Positions 32,086-47,523 are shown, numbered from the stretch's first letter. The stretch is DNA of 64,000 nucleotides from Eledone cirrhosa (GCA_964016885.1 OZ024750.1:27404001-27468000); one strand, 5' to 3'. Notes: generated from the letters alone by a model not told the origin. Program-made: numbers and translations.

Positions 32086-32278
32086 ATATTAGAGTAATGT
32101 TAGTCAATGTTTTAATAACACTCTATCTGGGAATAATGTATTTGTCAAATCAATTATATTCTCTCGGTTGTACTTGTTTGGCAAGTGACATGATCTGAGA
32201 CCGTCTCTTGTAACTAAAACACTCCGTGGATGAAGCATTTTAACTGTTTAAAAACACATTAAACACTCTGAAATTTAC

Positions 32279-35200
32279 CAAAAACACAGGACTTACAAAT
32301 ATATACAACATAGTCACAACTAAACCTAGGACTTACAAATATATACAACATAGTCACAACTAAACCTAGGACTTGCAAATATATACAACATAGTCACAAC
32401 TAAACCTAGGACTTGCAAATATATACAACATATAGTCACAACTAAACACAGGACTTATAAATATATACAACATAGTCACAACTAAACCCAGGACTTATAA
32501 ATATATACAACATAGTCACAACTAAACCCAGGACTTACAAATATATACAACATAGTCACAACTAAACCCAGGACTTATAAATATATACAACATAGTCACA
32601 ACTAAACCCAGGACTTATAAATATATACAACATAGTCACAACTAAACCCAGGACTTACAAATATATACAACATAGTCACAACTAAACCCAGGACTTATAA
32701 ATATATACAACATAGTCACAACTAAACCCAGGACCTACAAATATATACAACATAGTCACAACTAAACACCAGGACTTACAAATATATACAACATAGTCAC
32801 AACCAAACACCAGGACTTACAAATATATTCAACATAGTCACAACTAAACCCAGGACTTACAAATATATACAACATAGTCACAACTAAACACAGGACTTAC
32901 AAATATATACAACATAGTCACAACTAAACCCAGGACCTACAAATATATACAACATAGTCACAACTAAACCCAGGACTTATAAATATATACAACATAGTCA
33001 CAACTAAGCCCAGGACCTACAAATATATACAACATAGTCACAACTAAACACCAGGACTTACAAATATATACAACATAGTCACAACTAAACACAGGACTTA
33101 CAAATATATACAACATAGTCACAACTAAACACAGGACTTACAAATATATACAACATATTCACAACTAAACCCAGGACTTATAAATATATACAAAATAGTC
33201 ACAACTAAACACAGGACTTACAAATATATACAACATAGTCACAACTAAACCCAGGACTTATAAATATATACAACATAGTCACAACTAAACACAAGACTTA
33301 TAAATATATACAACATAGTCACAACTAAACCCAAGACTTACAAATATATACAACATAGTCACAACTAAACCCAGGACTTACAAATATATACAACATAGTC
33401 ACAACAAAACCCAAGACTTACAAATATATACAACATAGTCACAACTAAACCAAGGACATATAAATATATACAACGTAGTCACAACTAAACACCAAGACTT
33501 ACAAATATATACAACATAGTCACAACTAAACCCAGGGCTTACAAATATATACAACATAGTCACAACTAAACCCAGGACATATAAATATATACAACATAGT
33601 CACAACTAAACCCAGGAATATAAATATATACAACATAGTCACAACTAAACCCAGGAATATAAATATATACAACATAGTCACAACTAAACCCAGGACTTAC
33701 AAATATATACAACATAGTCACAACTAAACACCAGGACTTACAAATATTTACAACATAATAACAACTAAACACCAGGACTTATAAATATATACAACATAGT
33801 CACAACTAAACACCAGGACTTACAAATATATTCAACATAGTCACAACTAAACACAGGACTTACAAATATATTCAACATAGTCACAACTAAACACAGGACT
33901 TACAAATATATTCAACATAGTCACAACTAAACACCAGGACTTATAAATATATACAACATAGTCACAACTAAACACCAGGACTTACAAATATATTCAACAT
34001 AGTCACAACTAAACCCAAGACTTATAAATATATACAACATAGTCACAACTAAACCCAGGACTTACAAATATATACAACATAGTCACAACTAAACACAGGA
34101 CTTACAAATATATACAACATAGTCACAACTAAACACAGGACTTACAAATATATACAACTTAGTCACAACTAAACACAGGACTTACAAATATATACAACAT
34201 AGTCACAACTAAACCCAGGACTTATAAATATATACAACATAGTCACAACTAAACCCAGGACTTATAAATATATACAACATAGTCACAACTAAACCAAGGA
34301 CATATAAATATATACAACATAGTCACAACTAAACCCAGGACTTACAAATATATACAACATAGTCACAACTAAACACCAGGACTTACAAATATTTACAACA
34401 TAATAACAACTAAACACCAGGACTTATAAATATATACAACATAGTCACAACTAAACACCAGGACTTACAAATATATTCAACATAGTCACAACTAAACACA
34501 GTACTTACAAATATATTCAACATAGTCACAACTAAACACAGGACTTACAAATATATTCAACATAGTCACAACTAAACACCAGGACTTATAAATATATACA
34601 ACATAGTCACAACTAAACACCAGGACTTACAAATATATTCAACATAGTCACAACTAAACCCAAGACTTATAAATATATACAACATAGTCACAACTAAACC
34701 CAGTACTTACAAATATATACAACATAGTCACAACTAAACACAGGACTTACAAATATATACAACATAGTCACAACTAAACACAGGACTTACAAATATATAC
34801 AACTTAGTCACAACTAAACACAGGACTTACAAATATATACAACATAGTCACAACTAAACCCAGGACTTATAAATATATACAACATAGTCACAACTAAACC
34901 CAGGACTTATAAATATATACAACATAGTCACAACTAAACCAAGGACATATAAATATATACAACATAGTCACAACAAAACCCATGACTTACAAATATATAC
35001 AACATAGTCACAACTAAACACCAGGACTTACAAATATATACAACATAGTCACAACTAAACACCAGGACTTACAAATATATACAACATAGTCACAACTAAA
35101 GCCAGGACTTACAAATATATACAACATAGTCACAACTAAACACCAGGACTTACAAATATATACAACATAGTCACAACTAAACCCAGGACTTACAAATATA

Positions 35201-38200
35201 TACAACATAGTCACAACTAAACCCAGGACTTACAAATATATACAACATAGTCACAACTAAACACCAGGACTTACAAATATATACAACATAGTCACAACTA
35301 AACACCAGGACTTACAAATATATACAACATATAGTCACAACTAAACCCAGGACTTATAAATATATACAACATAGTCACAACTAAACCCAGGACTTACAAA
35401 TATATACAACATAGTCACAACTAAACTCAGAACTTACAAATATATACAACATAGTCACAACTAAACACCAGGACTTACAAATATATACAACATATAGTCA
35501 CAACTAAACCCAGGACTTACAAATATATACAACGTAGTCACAACTAAACACCAGGACTTACAAATATATACAACATAGTCACAACTAAACCCAGGAATAT
35601 AAATATATACAACATAGTCACAACTAAACACCAGGACTTACAAATATATACAACATATAGTCACAACTAAACCCAGGACTTATAAATATATACAACATAG
35701 TCACAACTAAACACCAGGACTTACAAATATATACAACATAGTCACAACTAAACCCAGGAATATAAATATATACAACATAGTCACAACTAAACACAGGACT
35801 TACAAATATATACAACATAGTCACAACTAAACACCAGGACTTACAAATATATACAACATATAGTCACAACTAAACCCAGGACTTATAAATATATACAACA
35901 TAGTCACAACTAAACCCAGGACTTACAAATATATACAACATAGTCACAACTAAACCCAGGACTTACAAATATATACAACATATAGTCACAACTAAACCCA
36001 GGACTTATAAATATATACAACATAGTCACAACTAAACACCAGGACTTACAAATATATACAACATAGTCACAATTAAACCCAGGACTTACAAATATATACA
36101 ACATAGTCACAACTAAACCCAGAACTTACAAATATATACAACATATAGTCACAACTAAACCCAGGACTTATAAATATATACAACATAGTCACAACTAAAC
36201 CCAGGACTTACAAATATATACAACATAGTCACAACTAAACCCAGGACTTACAAATATATACAACATATAGTCACAACTAAACCCAGGACTTATAAATATA
36301 TACAACATAGTCACAACTAAACCCAGGACTTACGAATATATACAACATAGTCACAACTAAACACCAGGACTTACAAATATATACAACATAGTCACAACTA
36401 AACGCAGGACTTACAAATATATACAACATATAGTCACAACTAAACACAGGACTTATAAATATACACAACATAGTCACAACTAAACACAGGACTTACAAAT
36501 ATATACAACATAGACACAACTAAACACCAAGACTTACAAATATATACAACATAGTCACAACTAAACGCAGGACTTACAAATATATACAACATAGTCACAA
36601 CTAAACACCAAGACTTACAAATATATACAACATAGTCACAACTAAACCCAGGACTTACAAATATATACAACATAGTCACAACTAAACACCAAGACTTACA
36701 AATATATACAACATAGTCACAACAAAACACAGGACTTACAAATATATACAACATATAGTCACAACTAAACCCTGGACTTACAAATATATACAACATAGCC
36801 ACAACTAAACCCAGGACTTACAAATGTATACAACATAGTCACAACTAAACCCAGGACTTACAAATGTATACAACATAGTCACAACTAAACCCAGGACTTA
36901 CAAATATATACAACATATAGTCACAACTAAACCCAGGACTTATAAATATATACAATCTAGTCACAACTAAACACAGGACTTACAAATGTATACAACATAG
37001 TCACAACTAAACCCAGGACTTACAAATATATACAATCTAGTCACAACAAACACAGGACTTATAAATATATACAACATAGTCACAACTAAACACAGGACTT
37101 ATAAATATATACAACATAGACACAACTAAACCCAAGACTTATAAATATATACAACATAGTCACAACTAAACCCAAGACTTACAAATATATACAACATAGT
37201 CACAACTAAACCCAAGACTTACAAATATATACAATAGAAGGGCGGTGCCCCAGCATGGCCTCAGCCGGATGGCTGGGACAGGTAAAAGTGTAAAAGAGTA
37301 ACACAGTCACAACTAAACCCAGGACTTATAAATATATACAACATAGTCACAACTAAACACAAGACTTATAAATATATACAACATAGTCACAACTAAACAC
37401 CAGGACTTAAAAATATATACAACATAGTCACAACTAAACCCAAGACTTACAAATATATACAACATAGTCACAACTAAACCCAAGACTTACAAATATATAC
37501 AACATAGTCACAACTAAACCCAAGACTTACAAATATATGCAACATAGTCACAACTAAACCCAGGACTTACAAATATATACAACATAGTCACAACTAAACC
37601 CAAGACTTACAAATATATACAACATAGTCACAACTAAACCCAGGACTTACAAATATATACAACATAGTCACAACTAAACCCAAGACTTACAAATATATAC
37701 AACATAGTCACAACTAAACACCAGGACTTACAAATATATACAACGTAGTCACAACTAAACACAGGACTTACAAATATATACAACGTAGTCACAACTAAAC
37801 CCAAGACTTACAAATATATACAACATAGTCACAACTAAACGCAGGACTTATAAATATATACAACATAGTCACAACTAAACCCAGGACTTACAAATATATA
37901 CAACATAGTCACAACTAAACCCAGAACTTACAAATATATACAACATAGTCACAACTAAACCCAAGACTTACAAATATATACAACATAGTCACAACTAAAC
38001 CCAGGACTTACAAATATATACAACATATAGTCACAACTAAACACCAGGACCTACAAATATATACAACATAGTCACAACTAAACCCAAGACTTACAAATAT
38101 ATACAACATAGTCACAACTAAACCCAGGACTTACAAATATATACAACATATAGTCACAACTAAACACCAGGACTTACAAATATATACAACATAGTCACAA

Positions 38201-38640
38201 CTAAACCCAGGACTTACAAATATATACAACATATAGTCACAACTAAACCCAGGACTTACAAATATATACAACATAGTCACAACTAAACCCAGGACTTACA
38301 AATATATACAACATAGTCACAACTAAACACAGGACTTACAAATATATACAACATAGTCACAACTAAACACAGGACTTACAAATATATACAACATAGTCAC
38401 AACTAAACACAGGAGTTACAAATATATACAACATAGTCACAACTAAACACAGGACTTACAAATATATACAATAGAAGGGCGGTGCCTCAGCATGGCCTCA
38501 GCCGGATGGCTGGGACAGGTAAAAGTGTAAAAGAGTAACACAGTCACAACTAAAACCCAGGACTTACAAATATATACAACATAGTCACAACCAAAACCCC
38601 AGGACATACAAATATATACAACATACAATCACAACCAAAA
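32279..38640. repeat. 40-bp tandem satellite (CAGGACTTACAAATATATACAACATAGTCACAACTAAACC), ~155 units
   Basis: Head-to-tail units with 41/42-bp variants and no unique spacers. Confidence 0.97.
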
Positions 38641-38825
38641 ATCAAACATAATAAATTTCTCAAAAGGGAGTAGACATTCTAGTGTTATTCATAGAGAAAA
38701 CTCAAAGCCACGTTCACCCTGAGCGCTAAGGAAAGGGCCCTCTCTCAGTTTCCTTCCGCCAATCTAGAGACGTTTGCTCAGGGCAAGCCCATTCACTCGG
38801 ACCATGCTTAATAATACTAACAATA

Positions 38826-39165
38826 GATTGTTAGATATGACAGATTATCCTGGGAGATTAAGCAGCTGTGGTTCCTGACCAAGGTGGTAGTAATACCAAT
38901 AACAGTTGGAGTCTTGGGAACAGTGAGTAGCGATCTTGAGAAGTACATTAAAAATATAGGGTTTGCAATACAGATGGAACACTTATAAAAAAACAGCATA
39001 GCTTAGAACAGCACAAATGCTCTGGAAGGTACTCGAAAAATAAGAGGTGTTACCTTAGTTCACTGGTCGTGAACAGCTAACAAGGTAATACATCTCCAGC
39101 GTTAGAAGCTGAACGAAGAAACAACAATAATAATAACAAAGACAACAATAACAGCAATAATAATG
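38826..39165 (+). mobile_element. R4/Dong-like LINE 3' end (restriction-like endonuclease C-terminus, decayed)
   Basis: RYDRLSWEIKQLW..KVVVIPITVGVLGTV..L*KTA*LRTAQMLWKVL; (AAT/AAC)n tail. Confidence 0.7.
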
Positions 39166-40157
39166 ACGGTTTCATTTATAGTTATTTCTAACAACTTTAA
39201 CTGAGAGAAAATAATAGTTTCTCATATAGGCATTAGGCCAGCAATTTTGGGTGAGGGGAAAGTGCGTGACATGTACTTTATTTTATCGACCCCCGTAAGG
39301 ATGAGAGGCAAAGTTAACATCCTTACGGGATCCATAAAATAAAGTACCAGTACCAGTAATTCACTAAGGTCGATTTAAAAAATTGTTGACCTTATGCCTG
39401 AATCAGAAAACAATATATATGGAATGTGAATCGGTGGTAAAGAAAGATTTTAAATTTGAATGGTTCGGATTAAATTGTAGAGCGGCAAATTAGCAGAGTC
39501 GAATTTTGAGGACTCGTGTTGTCAACCTCCTAACGGTAGGCCCTGGAAACTGATCAATGATCTCTGATATAGATCGGGCAAACGACAACAATGTGAGAGA
39601 ACAACAGTCTCATACGCAAGCAGAAGAAGAAGAAAAAGAAAAAGAAAAAGAAAAAGAAAAAGAAAAAAGAAAAAGAAAAAGAAAAAGAAAAAGAAAAAGA
39701 AAAAGAAAAAGAAAAAGAAGAGTTAGGTTAAAAAATATCTCGGTATTTGCTCCGAATCCCTGCAATATAAGTTCAAAATCTTCTCGTGGTCAATGTTACC
39801 TTTCATCCTTTCGAGGTTGATAAATGAAGTATAAATCCAGTATTGGTGTTAATTCATACCATATCTCTCTTTATTCCTCTTTTCTCTCTTTCTCTCTCAA
39901 ACTGTGTTTTGATCTAGAGTGGTGCAACTTTATAGTAACTTTATTGTTCGTCAATAATTAAATATGTATCATAAATTCACTGGTAATATCCTGAGTTATA
40001 AATATATATTTTCCTGGAAATATTTAAATCATCAAATAAACATCTTAGATATTGGAAGCGTTTTTTTGTATTCAAAAGACTTTATAATGGGTTTCCGTTG
40101 TAACATGTATCCAACATAATTCCACATAGTGTAACGATTTATTTTTTATTATTACTG

Positions 40158-40308
40158 TTCTGAGTTCAAATCCTGTCGTTGTTAGCTTTGCTTTTCATCC
40201 TTACAGGGTCGATAAAATGAAGTACCAGTAATGCACTGGGGTTGATTTAATCGACTCCCCACCCCCTTTAAATTGTTGGCCTTCTGCCTATATAAGAAAC
40301 AATTATTA
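40158..40308 (+). mobile_element. SINE family S variant
   Basis: Shared core and tail. Confidence 0.8.
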
Positions 40309-40453
40309 TCAGTGATGTTCAAAATATTAATTTTATCGCCGCTTAATCAGTTTTAAAATATTTTTTTGCGGTTTAGTGTAATTATTCAAAAATATCATCC
40401 AAATTCTTGTATGTATAGAATCCAGGTAGACAACATATAGTAAATTCACGACG

Positions 40454-41443
40454 TTAGAAGCTTTGATTAACTGTAGTTTCAGAATGTTTGATTTTACATC
40501 GACAGTTTTTTAATTGTTCTCGAAATTCGCCATTGAAAACTCCGTACACTAACGGGTTTAAGGTGCAGTTCAAAACCCACATATGTTTGAAAATAGTTTT
40601 GGCAGTAAATTCTGTTGGGGTTAGATTAACTTCTATAGGGAGAAAAACTATAATTTCCGGTGTAAAACTTACTAAAAAAAGTATAATAATGCACAAAATA
40701 GTTATGTTCATTTTGTTGAGTTTTGTGTTATTTTCTTTAATTTTCCTTAAGTCATGGGCCCTGTTTTCAGTATTTCGTAAATGACGTCTAACTGCTTTCC
40801 AGATCCAAAAATTCAGTACTAATATAACAATCGTTAAGATTATATATCCGATTACAATTATTATGTGTGATAAAATCAGAAAAAGGTGTGCAATTTTATG
40901 AACTGTTTTCACTTGTGAACAGATATGTATAGTTAATCCATGGCTATATAGAGCTGTTATATTAGAAAACCAAGTGTCTGGGAAAGCAACAATGACAGAA
41001 CAACAACATATTACAATTGTGATATAGATCGCTGATCTTATGGAAATCTGTTTTTTCTCTGGTCGACAGATTCTATTAAATCTTTCGTAAGAAATGGCTG
41101 TAAGTATCAATCCTGATACAATGCAATAAGACATGAATGAAAATCTTCCAATTTTACACAAATTAGTTGAAGGATAAAGCACAGGGTATCTTAATTTGAT
41201 CAGTGACAATGGTACAGCAACGAAACAAGACATCAAATCAAGTATGGCTAGAATTTCAATGAAAAAATTTAGCGTTGATTTCTTTAAATAGAATAAATAG
41301 ATATAAAACACAATAAAGTTTCCAAAAATACCAATTGGTGTAAGGAGACCGATAAAAATTATCGTTACTTTGTTCCATTTGTATAAATCATTGTTTAGAT
41401 CACTAAGGGATATCGAATTGTTTGAGTTAGGAATGTAAGTCAT
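40454..41443 (-). CDS. Class A (rhodopsin-like) 7TM GPCR, orphan; paralogue of 2396-3424
   Basis: 329 aa from ATG at 41443 (MTYIPNSNNS); GIFGN, LAILD, NLCK, ISYERF, NCTLNPLVY, NGEFR; plausible splice acceptor TTTTGTTATTGTTCAG about 30 nt upstream. Confidence 0.92.
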   Translation of the reverse strand: MTYIPNSNNSISLSDLNNDLYKWNKVTIIFIGLLTPIGIFGNFIVFYIYLFYLKKSTLNFFIEILAILDLMSCFVAVPLSLIKLRYPVLYPSTNLCKIGRFSFMSYCIVSGLILTAISYERFNRICRPEKKQISIRSAIYITIVICCCSVIVAFPDTWFSNITALYSHGLTIHICSQVKTVHKIAHLFLILSHIIIVIGYIILTIVILVLNFWIWKAVRRHLRNTENRAHDLRKIKENNTKLNKMNITILCIIILFLVSFTPEIIVFLPIEVNLTPTEFTAKTIFKHMWVLNCTLNPLVYGVFNGEFREQLKNCRCKIKHSETTVNQSF

Positions 41444-41648
41444 CGTGAAAGAAGGCGAAGTTGGTATAAATCTTCTGAACAATAACAAAATATATATATA
41501 TATATAAGGTTTATAAGTATTTACAGAACGAGATATGTTACGAGGATGAAAACAATCCTTAAAAATTGAGATATGGTTCTAGGAAGCAGCCACACAGGAA
41601 ATATGAATTGTTTGATACATGCATATAGACATAGTACGTGTGTGTCTT

Positions 41649-41679
<31 letters not shown>

Positions 41680-41904
41680 GGGTGTGAATATATATATAGA
41701 GAAAAGTAATAACGAAGGAAAAGGGAACTAAATTGAGCCTAGTTTACTGATAAGGCGATGCACGGCGTTATATTACAAATTAATTGATGTCCCATCCCAT
41801 ATCAGATTTGTCATATTTTATCACTAAGTGAGACATACACCACCTTTACGATAGTTTCCTCTTAATTTATGTAAAAATATATATCTTATTGTGATAAAAC
41901 AGTA

Positions 41905-42072
41905 GATCGGCAGTATCTGTAGAGAGTCCGGTGCCATGTTTTTGCCACATAGAGTTACGGCCCTTTATGATCTGAGTTAACTTTGCCTTTCATCCTTACG
42001 GGGTCGATAAAATAAAGTACCAGTAATACACTGGAATAATTGCTGACCTTGCGCTATAAGTAGAAACAATTA
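41905..42072 (+). mobile_element. SINE family S (internally deleted)
   Basis: Head and core present. Confidence 0.8.
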
Positions 42073-42397
42073 TATTTCAGACAAAATTATCCAATTTAGT
42101 ACGGTTGGTTGTTATTTGAAGTAAAGTTGGCTATTATTTCTAGCAGAGCAAGCGACTGTGCATAGAACAATATGTTGCACATTTGTTACTGCAATAAAAC
42201 CATATGTTGCAATATAGTTGTGCTGATATCTGCTGTCTCAGTATCGAGTGAGTAAATGTCATCGACATTGAAAATCAAGTAACATTGAAAATTCACAAAC
42301 CCGTGTCTGACATTCTCACACGGTTAGTGAGATAGCTGTGACATAATCACGACTCAAAATATTAATAGTAAGACTCTTCTACGTTTCTTCTACACAC

Positions 42398-42438
<41 letters not shown>

Positions 42439-42464
42439 ATAAAATATATATATATATATATATA

Positions 42465-42645
42465 CGTTATTCCGGGTTGAATCGGAGGTAACCACAGTAA
42501 GTAAGGTACTCAATACATGGCAGAGTATAAAAGTTTTAATATAGATGAGATTCTACAGGACTAGAACTGTTTCATTCTTTAGAAATCATCAGGAATCTGG
42601 GTTATTTATTTTTTGATACCCAGATTCCTGAAGATTTCTGCTAAG
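42465..42645 (-). mobile_element. Family D element with complete hammerhead (42548-42598 -)
   Basis: AGATTC-CTGATGA-TTC/GAA-GAAA-CAG/CTG-TA-GAATCT; partial inverted copy at 42620-42640. Confidence 0.75.
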
Positions 42646-42953
42646 AATCTTGCTAAACAAATTCAGAACGAAATATATATATATTTATATATATATATAT
42701 ATATATAATATATATAAACGGAAAAAATGAAACGAAATTTCATTTCACACTCTTAGTACGGCTGTTACTTAAGATATACGTTGTTGACGATAGCTAATAA
42801 GCTTGAAACTAGTACAGCGTTCCTTTGTCAGTGTTGAACAAACGAGCAACGATGGTTGCTAGACACTACGGCTTAATACGGGATGTTTGTTTACAAACAC
42901 ACCGAAACGTCTGTATACATATATGTATGTACGTGTACATACTTATATATATA

Positions 42954-43028
<75 letters not shown>

Positions 43029-43271
43029 GCACAGACACACACATATGTTCAGGTGCATACGAATATTTTGTATGCGTATGTTTACATGGCACAGTGTTTT
43101 CAATGTACTTTTGTATATAGAGATACGTCAACTTCTTTGTTGTCAGCCATTTCTACAATAGGATTTATAATGTTATTTCCTTCACGGAAATACCACAGCC
43201 ATTGAAAGGGAAATAATGACAGGGAAGCAAAGAACAGGCATGCCTAAAGTTTTCTAAGAGTATCATAACGG

Positions 43272-43859
<588 letters not shown>

Positions 43860-43884
43860 AGAGAGACGGGGCTGTGTGGTTACT

Positions 43885-44000
43885 GATAACTGTTTCTACT
43901 TTAGGCACATGGCCAACAATAACTCAGTACATTACTGGTACTTTATTTTATCGACCCCGTAAGGATGAAAGGCAAAGTGAACCTCGGCGGGATTTGAACT
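43885..44000 (-). mobile_element. SINE family S, 5'-truncated
   Basis: Core present; TGTGTGGTTACTGATAAC on both flanks (TSD-like). Confidence 0.85.
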
Positions 44001-44281
44001 GATTTGTGTGGTTACTGATAACGAGTGTTAGAAAGTAAGGCGACACAAACGAGAGATGGACAGTTTCCCTTCATCAGTTGTCTACTACGGGTCACAGATG
44101 TTTCAGAGCGTTATAGACAACACATCTATCCGTAGCGCGCCCATACCCTTTTATCTATCAAAAAGCCATGGAAAGAAGCGATAGCGAAGAGAGAGAAAGA
44201 AAGAAAAAAAGAAAAAAAGAAAAAAGAAGAGAATATACCGATAGAAGTGGGTAACACAGGGAACATGCAAGTAGTAACCGT

Positions 44282-44330
<49 letters not shown>

Positions 44331-44334
<4 letters not shown>

Positions 44335-44446
44335 ATAATAACAAATGTGAAGACTAAAATCCAAAGAGAGCTCGATAGTCTCAGAAGATCCAGTTAAGGG
44401 TGAAAGCACCGATTCTTTGCTTAAACTTTAATCTGTTATTTTAATA
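44331..44446. mobile_element. Family B rearranged mini-copy
   Basis: Inverted tail fused to CAGAAGATCCAGTTAAGGGTGAAAGCACC..TGCTTAAACT. Confidence 0.7.
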
Positions 44447-44451
44447 TATAT

Positions 44452-44918
44452 ATATATAAAGTTGTATTCCTGTCTGTTTGTTTGTTTTTTTGTTCACAAA
44501 CTCCTACGTTCTTTTTATTTAGACCCCCCATAACTACATATATTCTGAAACAACATTGCCCAGGGTACTTGGATAAGTGTATTTCATTTTAATCAAAGGG
44601 CACCCCGGGGGCACAAAACCGCCGCTGGAAATGTTTTCCCTTCGATTTATATGAAATTTAAACCATCGGTAAATGATACGATATGATGCCTAATCACACA
44701 ATTTTGAATTGATATTTTGAAAAAAATTATTTACAAATAAGAATAAGATTTAATAATGTAATTTTGATTTGATATATTACAAAAGATAATATTTTCCAAT
44801 TTTTCATGCATTACATTTTACATTGAGTAAAATTATATCACTGATTTAAAAACCAATCATCATTTTCTTACAAAAAAAAAATGTGTGAAATGCAGTAAGG
44901 CGCCGGAAATTCGGTTAG
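44452..44918 (+). mobile_element. Putative non-autonomous Helitron
   Basis: 5' ATATAAAG..CTGTCTGTTTGTTTG; 3' CCGGAAATTCGG hairpin then TTAG-T. Confidence 0.45.
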
Positions 44919-44944
<26 letters not shown>

Positions 44945-44951
<7 letters not shown>

Positions 44952-45080
44952 ATTAATAAATGGAAAATATCTATACAAAACCATATTTATTTTATTATAC
45001 ATATTTCAAGGGTACTAAATTTTTAGTACGCTTTCGTCAGATAAAATATAATATTTGGTGTTAAGATAAAGACATATCTT
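44945..45080 (-). mobile_element. Family A-related pLTR end with hammerhead (44988-45048 -)
   Basis: TATTTTAT-CTGACGA-AAGCGTACTAAA/TTTAGTACCCTT-GAAA-TATGTA-TA-ATAAAATA. Confidence 0.75.
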
Positions 45081-45319
45081 AGTGTGATCTTAATGGTATA
45101 GACCCACTAATATTGTTAATATTAATGATACTCCAGATAAATTTTGTAGAGTGCTTCTAATCTAATAAGTTTAATATAGAAATGGCTTCTATGGGACTAC
45201 AACTGTTTCATTCAAATGAAATCATTAGAAAAGCATATATATGGTGTATGTGAATCAGTGAATTACTGGTAGTGTTACCGAAATGAGCACTTGATACACA
45301 GGCATTATATTAAGGAAAA

Positions 45320-46170
45320 CGAGATGGTTGGTTAGAGCTCTCCTGTCGTAGAGGGGAATGAGGTGTTTGGATTACCTCCACTATCACGGTGGCGAATGTG
45401 GTGGTTGGTTACGCTTGTACTGTCGTAGAGACGACTGAGAGGATTGGTTGCCCCTTTCCTGTCGTACAGGCGAATATGTGTCTTAGTTAAACCTCTTCAG
45501 TTGTAGCTGCCAATGAGAGGATTGGCTAGTCCTCTCCAGTCGCAGAGGCAAATTAAGGTGTTAGTTAACCCTCTTCAGTCGCAGAGGCGAATGAGGGTGT
45601 TAGTTAGCCCACTCCTGTCTTACCGGCGAATTAGGGTGTTAGTTAGCCCACTCCTGTCTTACCGGCGAATTAGAGTGTTAGTTAACCCTCTCCAGTTGCA
45701 GGAGCGAATTAGGGTGTTAGTTAGCCCACTTCAGTAGTTGAGGCGAATGAGGGTGTTAGTTAGCCCTCTCCAGTCGCAGAGACGAATGAGGGTGTTAGTT
45801 AGCCCACTCCTGTCTTACCGGCGAATTAGGGTGTTAGTTAGCCCACTCCTGTCTTACCGGCGAATTAGAGTGTTAGTTAACCCTCTCCAGTTGCAGGAGC
45901 GAATTAGGGTGTTAGTTAGCCCACTTCAGTAGTTGAGACTAATGAGGGTGTTAGTTAACCCTCTCCAGTCGCAGAGACGAATGAGGGTGTTAGTTAGCCC
46001 TCTCCTGCCTTACAGGCGAATTAGGGTGCTAGTTAGCCCTCTCCAGTCGCAGAGGAGAATTAGGGTGTCAGTTAGCTCACTTCAGTCGTAGAGGCGAATG
46101 AGAGGGTTGGACAGAGTCCCCTATCTTAGAGGCGAATGAGAGCGCTAGTCACCTCTCTCCTGTCGTAGAG
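45320..46170. repeat. 39-bp minisatellite with 195-bp higher-order duplication
   Basis: GGCGAATTAGGGTGTTAGTTAGCCC.. units; TTGCAGGAGCGAA variant at 45696 and 45891. Confidence 0.88.
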
Positions 46171-46190
46171 GTATTATTTTTAAGCTGCCT

Positions 46191-46379
46191 GGGCGGTGGA
46201 TTGGCAGTATCGGTAGAGACGTCGGACGCCATGCTTTGACGCATAGAGTAACGGCCCTTGCCATTCTGAGTTCAAATCCCGCCGAGGTTGACTTTGCCTT
46301 TCATCCTTACGGGGTCGATAAAATAAAGTACCAGTAATGTACTGGGTATTTTACTGGCCTTGCGCCAAAAGTAGAAACA
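46191..46379 (+). mobile_element. Full-length SINE family S with 18-bp TSD
   Basis: ATTATTTTTAAGCTGCCT at 46173-46190 and 46380-46397 defines both ends. Confidence 0.92.
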
Positions 46380-46459
46380 ATTATTTTTAAGCTGCCTTAC
46401 ATATTACGTTAAGATCTTTAGAATGACTGAACGCACCATTTTAGTTCAAAGTGAAAAGA

Positions 46460-47180
46460 TTGTGTGTGTGTGTGTGTGGTTGTGGTTATGGTTATGGTGG
46501 TAGTAGTGGTGTGGTGTTGGCGGTGGTAGTGGTGATGGTGGTGGTGGTTGTGGTGGTGGTAGTGGTAGTGGTAGTGGTAGAAGTGGTGATGTTGGTGGTG
46601 GGAATGATGGTCTTGGTGGTGGTAGTGGTGATGGTGGTGGTGGTTGTGGTGGTGGTAGTGGTAGTAGTGGTGATGTTGGTGGTGGGAATGACGGTCTTGG
46701 TGGTAGTAGTGGTGATGGTGGTAGCGGTAGTAGTGGTGATGGTGATGATGGTAGTAGTGGCAATGGTGGTTGTGATGGTGGCGGTAGTAGTGGGGGATGG
46801 CGATGGTGGTAGTGGTAATGGCAACGGTGGTAGTGGTAGTGGTAGTGGTAGTGGTAGTGGTAGTAGTGATAGCGGTAGTTGTGGTGATGGTGGTAGTGGT
46901 AGTGGTGACAGTGGTAGCAGTGGGGACGGTGGTTGTGGTAGGAGTGGTGACAGCGGCAGTAGAGGTGATGGTAGGAGTGGTGATGGTGACAGTGGTAGTG
47001 GTGATAGCGGCAGTAGTGGTGATGGAGGTGGTGGTAGTGGTGACAGTGGTAGCAGTGGGGATGGCGGTGATGGTTGGAGTGGTGATGGTAACAGTGGTAG
47101 TGGTGATAGCGGTAGTAGTGGTGATGGAGGTGGTGGTAGTGGTGACAGTGGTAGTGATGGAGGCGGTGGTAGTGATGGTG
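46460..47180. repeat. (GGT/AGT/GAT)n low-complexity tract
   Basis: Directly visible. Confidence 0.9.
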
Positions 47181-47370
47181 GCTTTACAACTCCCCTTTGA
47201 TTCAGTCCTTTCCCTGTCAACACTCTACTTTCAAAGGAACTTGCAAGAAATACCATTCATTGTTTATATTAAATGAAGATTAATTCTCTTTCCTTTCATT
47301 TTCATTTGCTAACTTCAATTACGATAACAGGCACACCCACTTACACACACATGTGTGTATATATATGTAA

Positions 47371-47489
<119 letters not shown>

Positions 47490-47523
47490 AGTCTGTGTGT
47501 GTCTGTGCGTGTATGTGTATACA

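Noticed and set aside
32279-38640. CRISPR-like regular repeat; short repetitive ORFs
   Set aside because: Contiguous 40-bp units with no unique spacers, no cas genes, and a eukaryotic context
41444-41488. N-terminal extension of the second GPCR in the ORF track
   Set aside because: Begins at a non-ATG codon next to a TA tract and spans a probable splice acceptor; ATG 41443 gives an N-terminus comparable to the paralogue
45513-45932. ORFs with a 13-aa repeat (RRIRVLVSPLLSY)
   Set aside because: Consequence of the 39-bp minisatellite; stops are interspersed
46446-47276. Gly/Ser-rich, Pro-rich or Thr-rich ORFs
   Set aside because: Low-complexity trinucleotide tract open in several frames; no credible start, signal peptide or splice context
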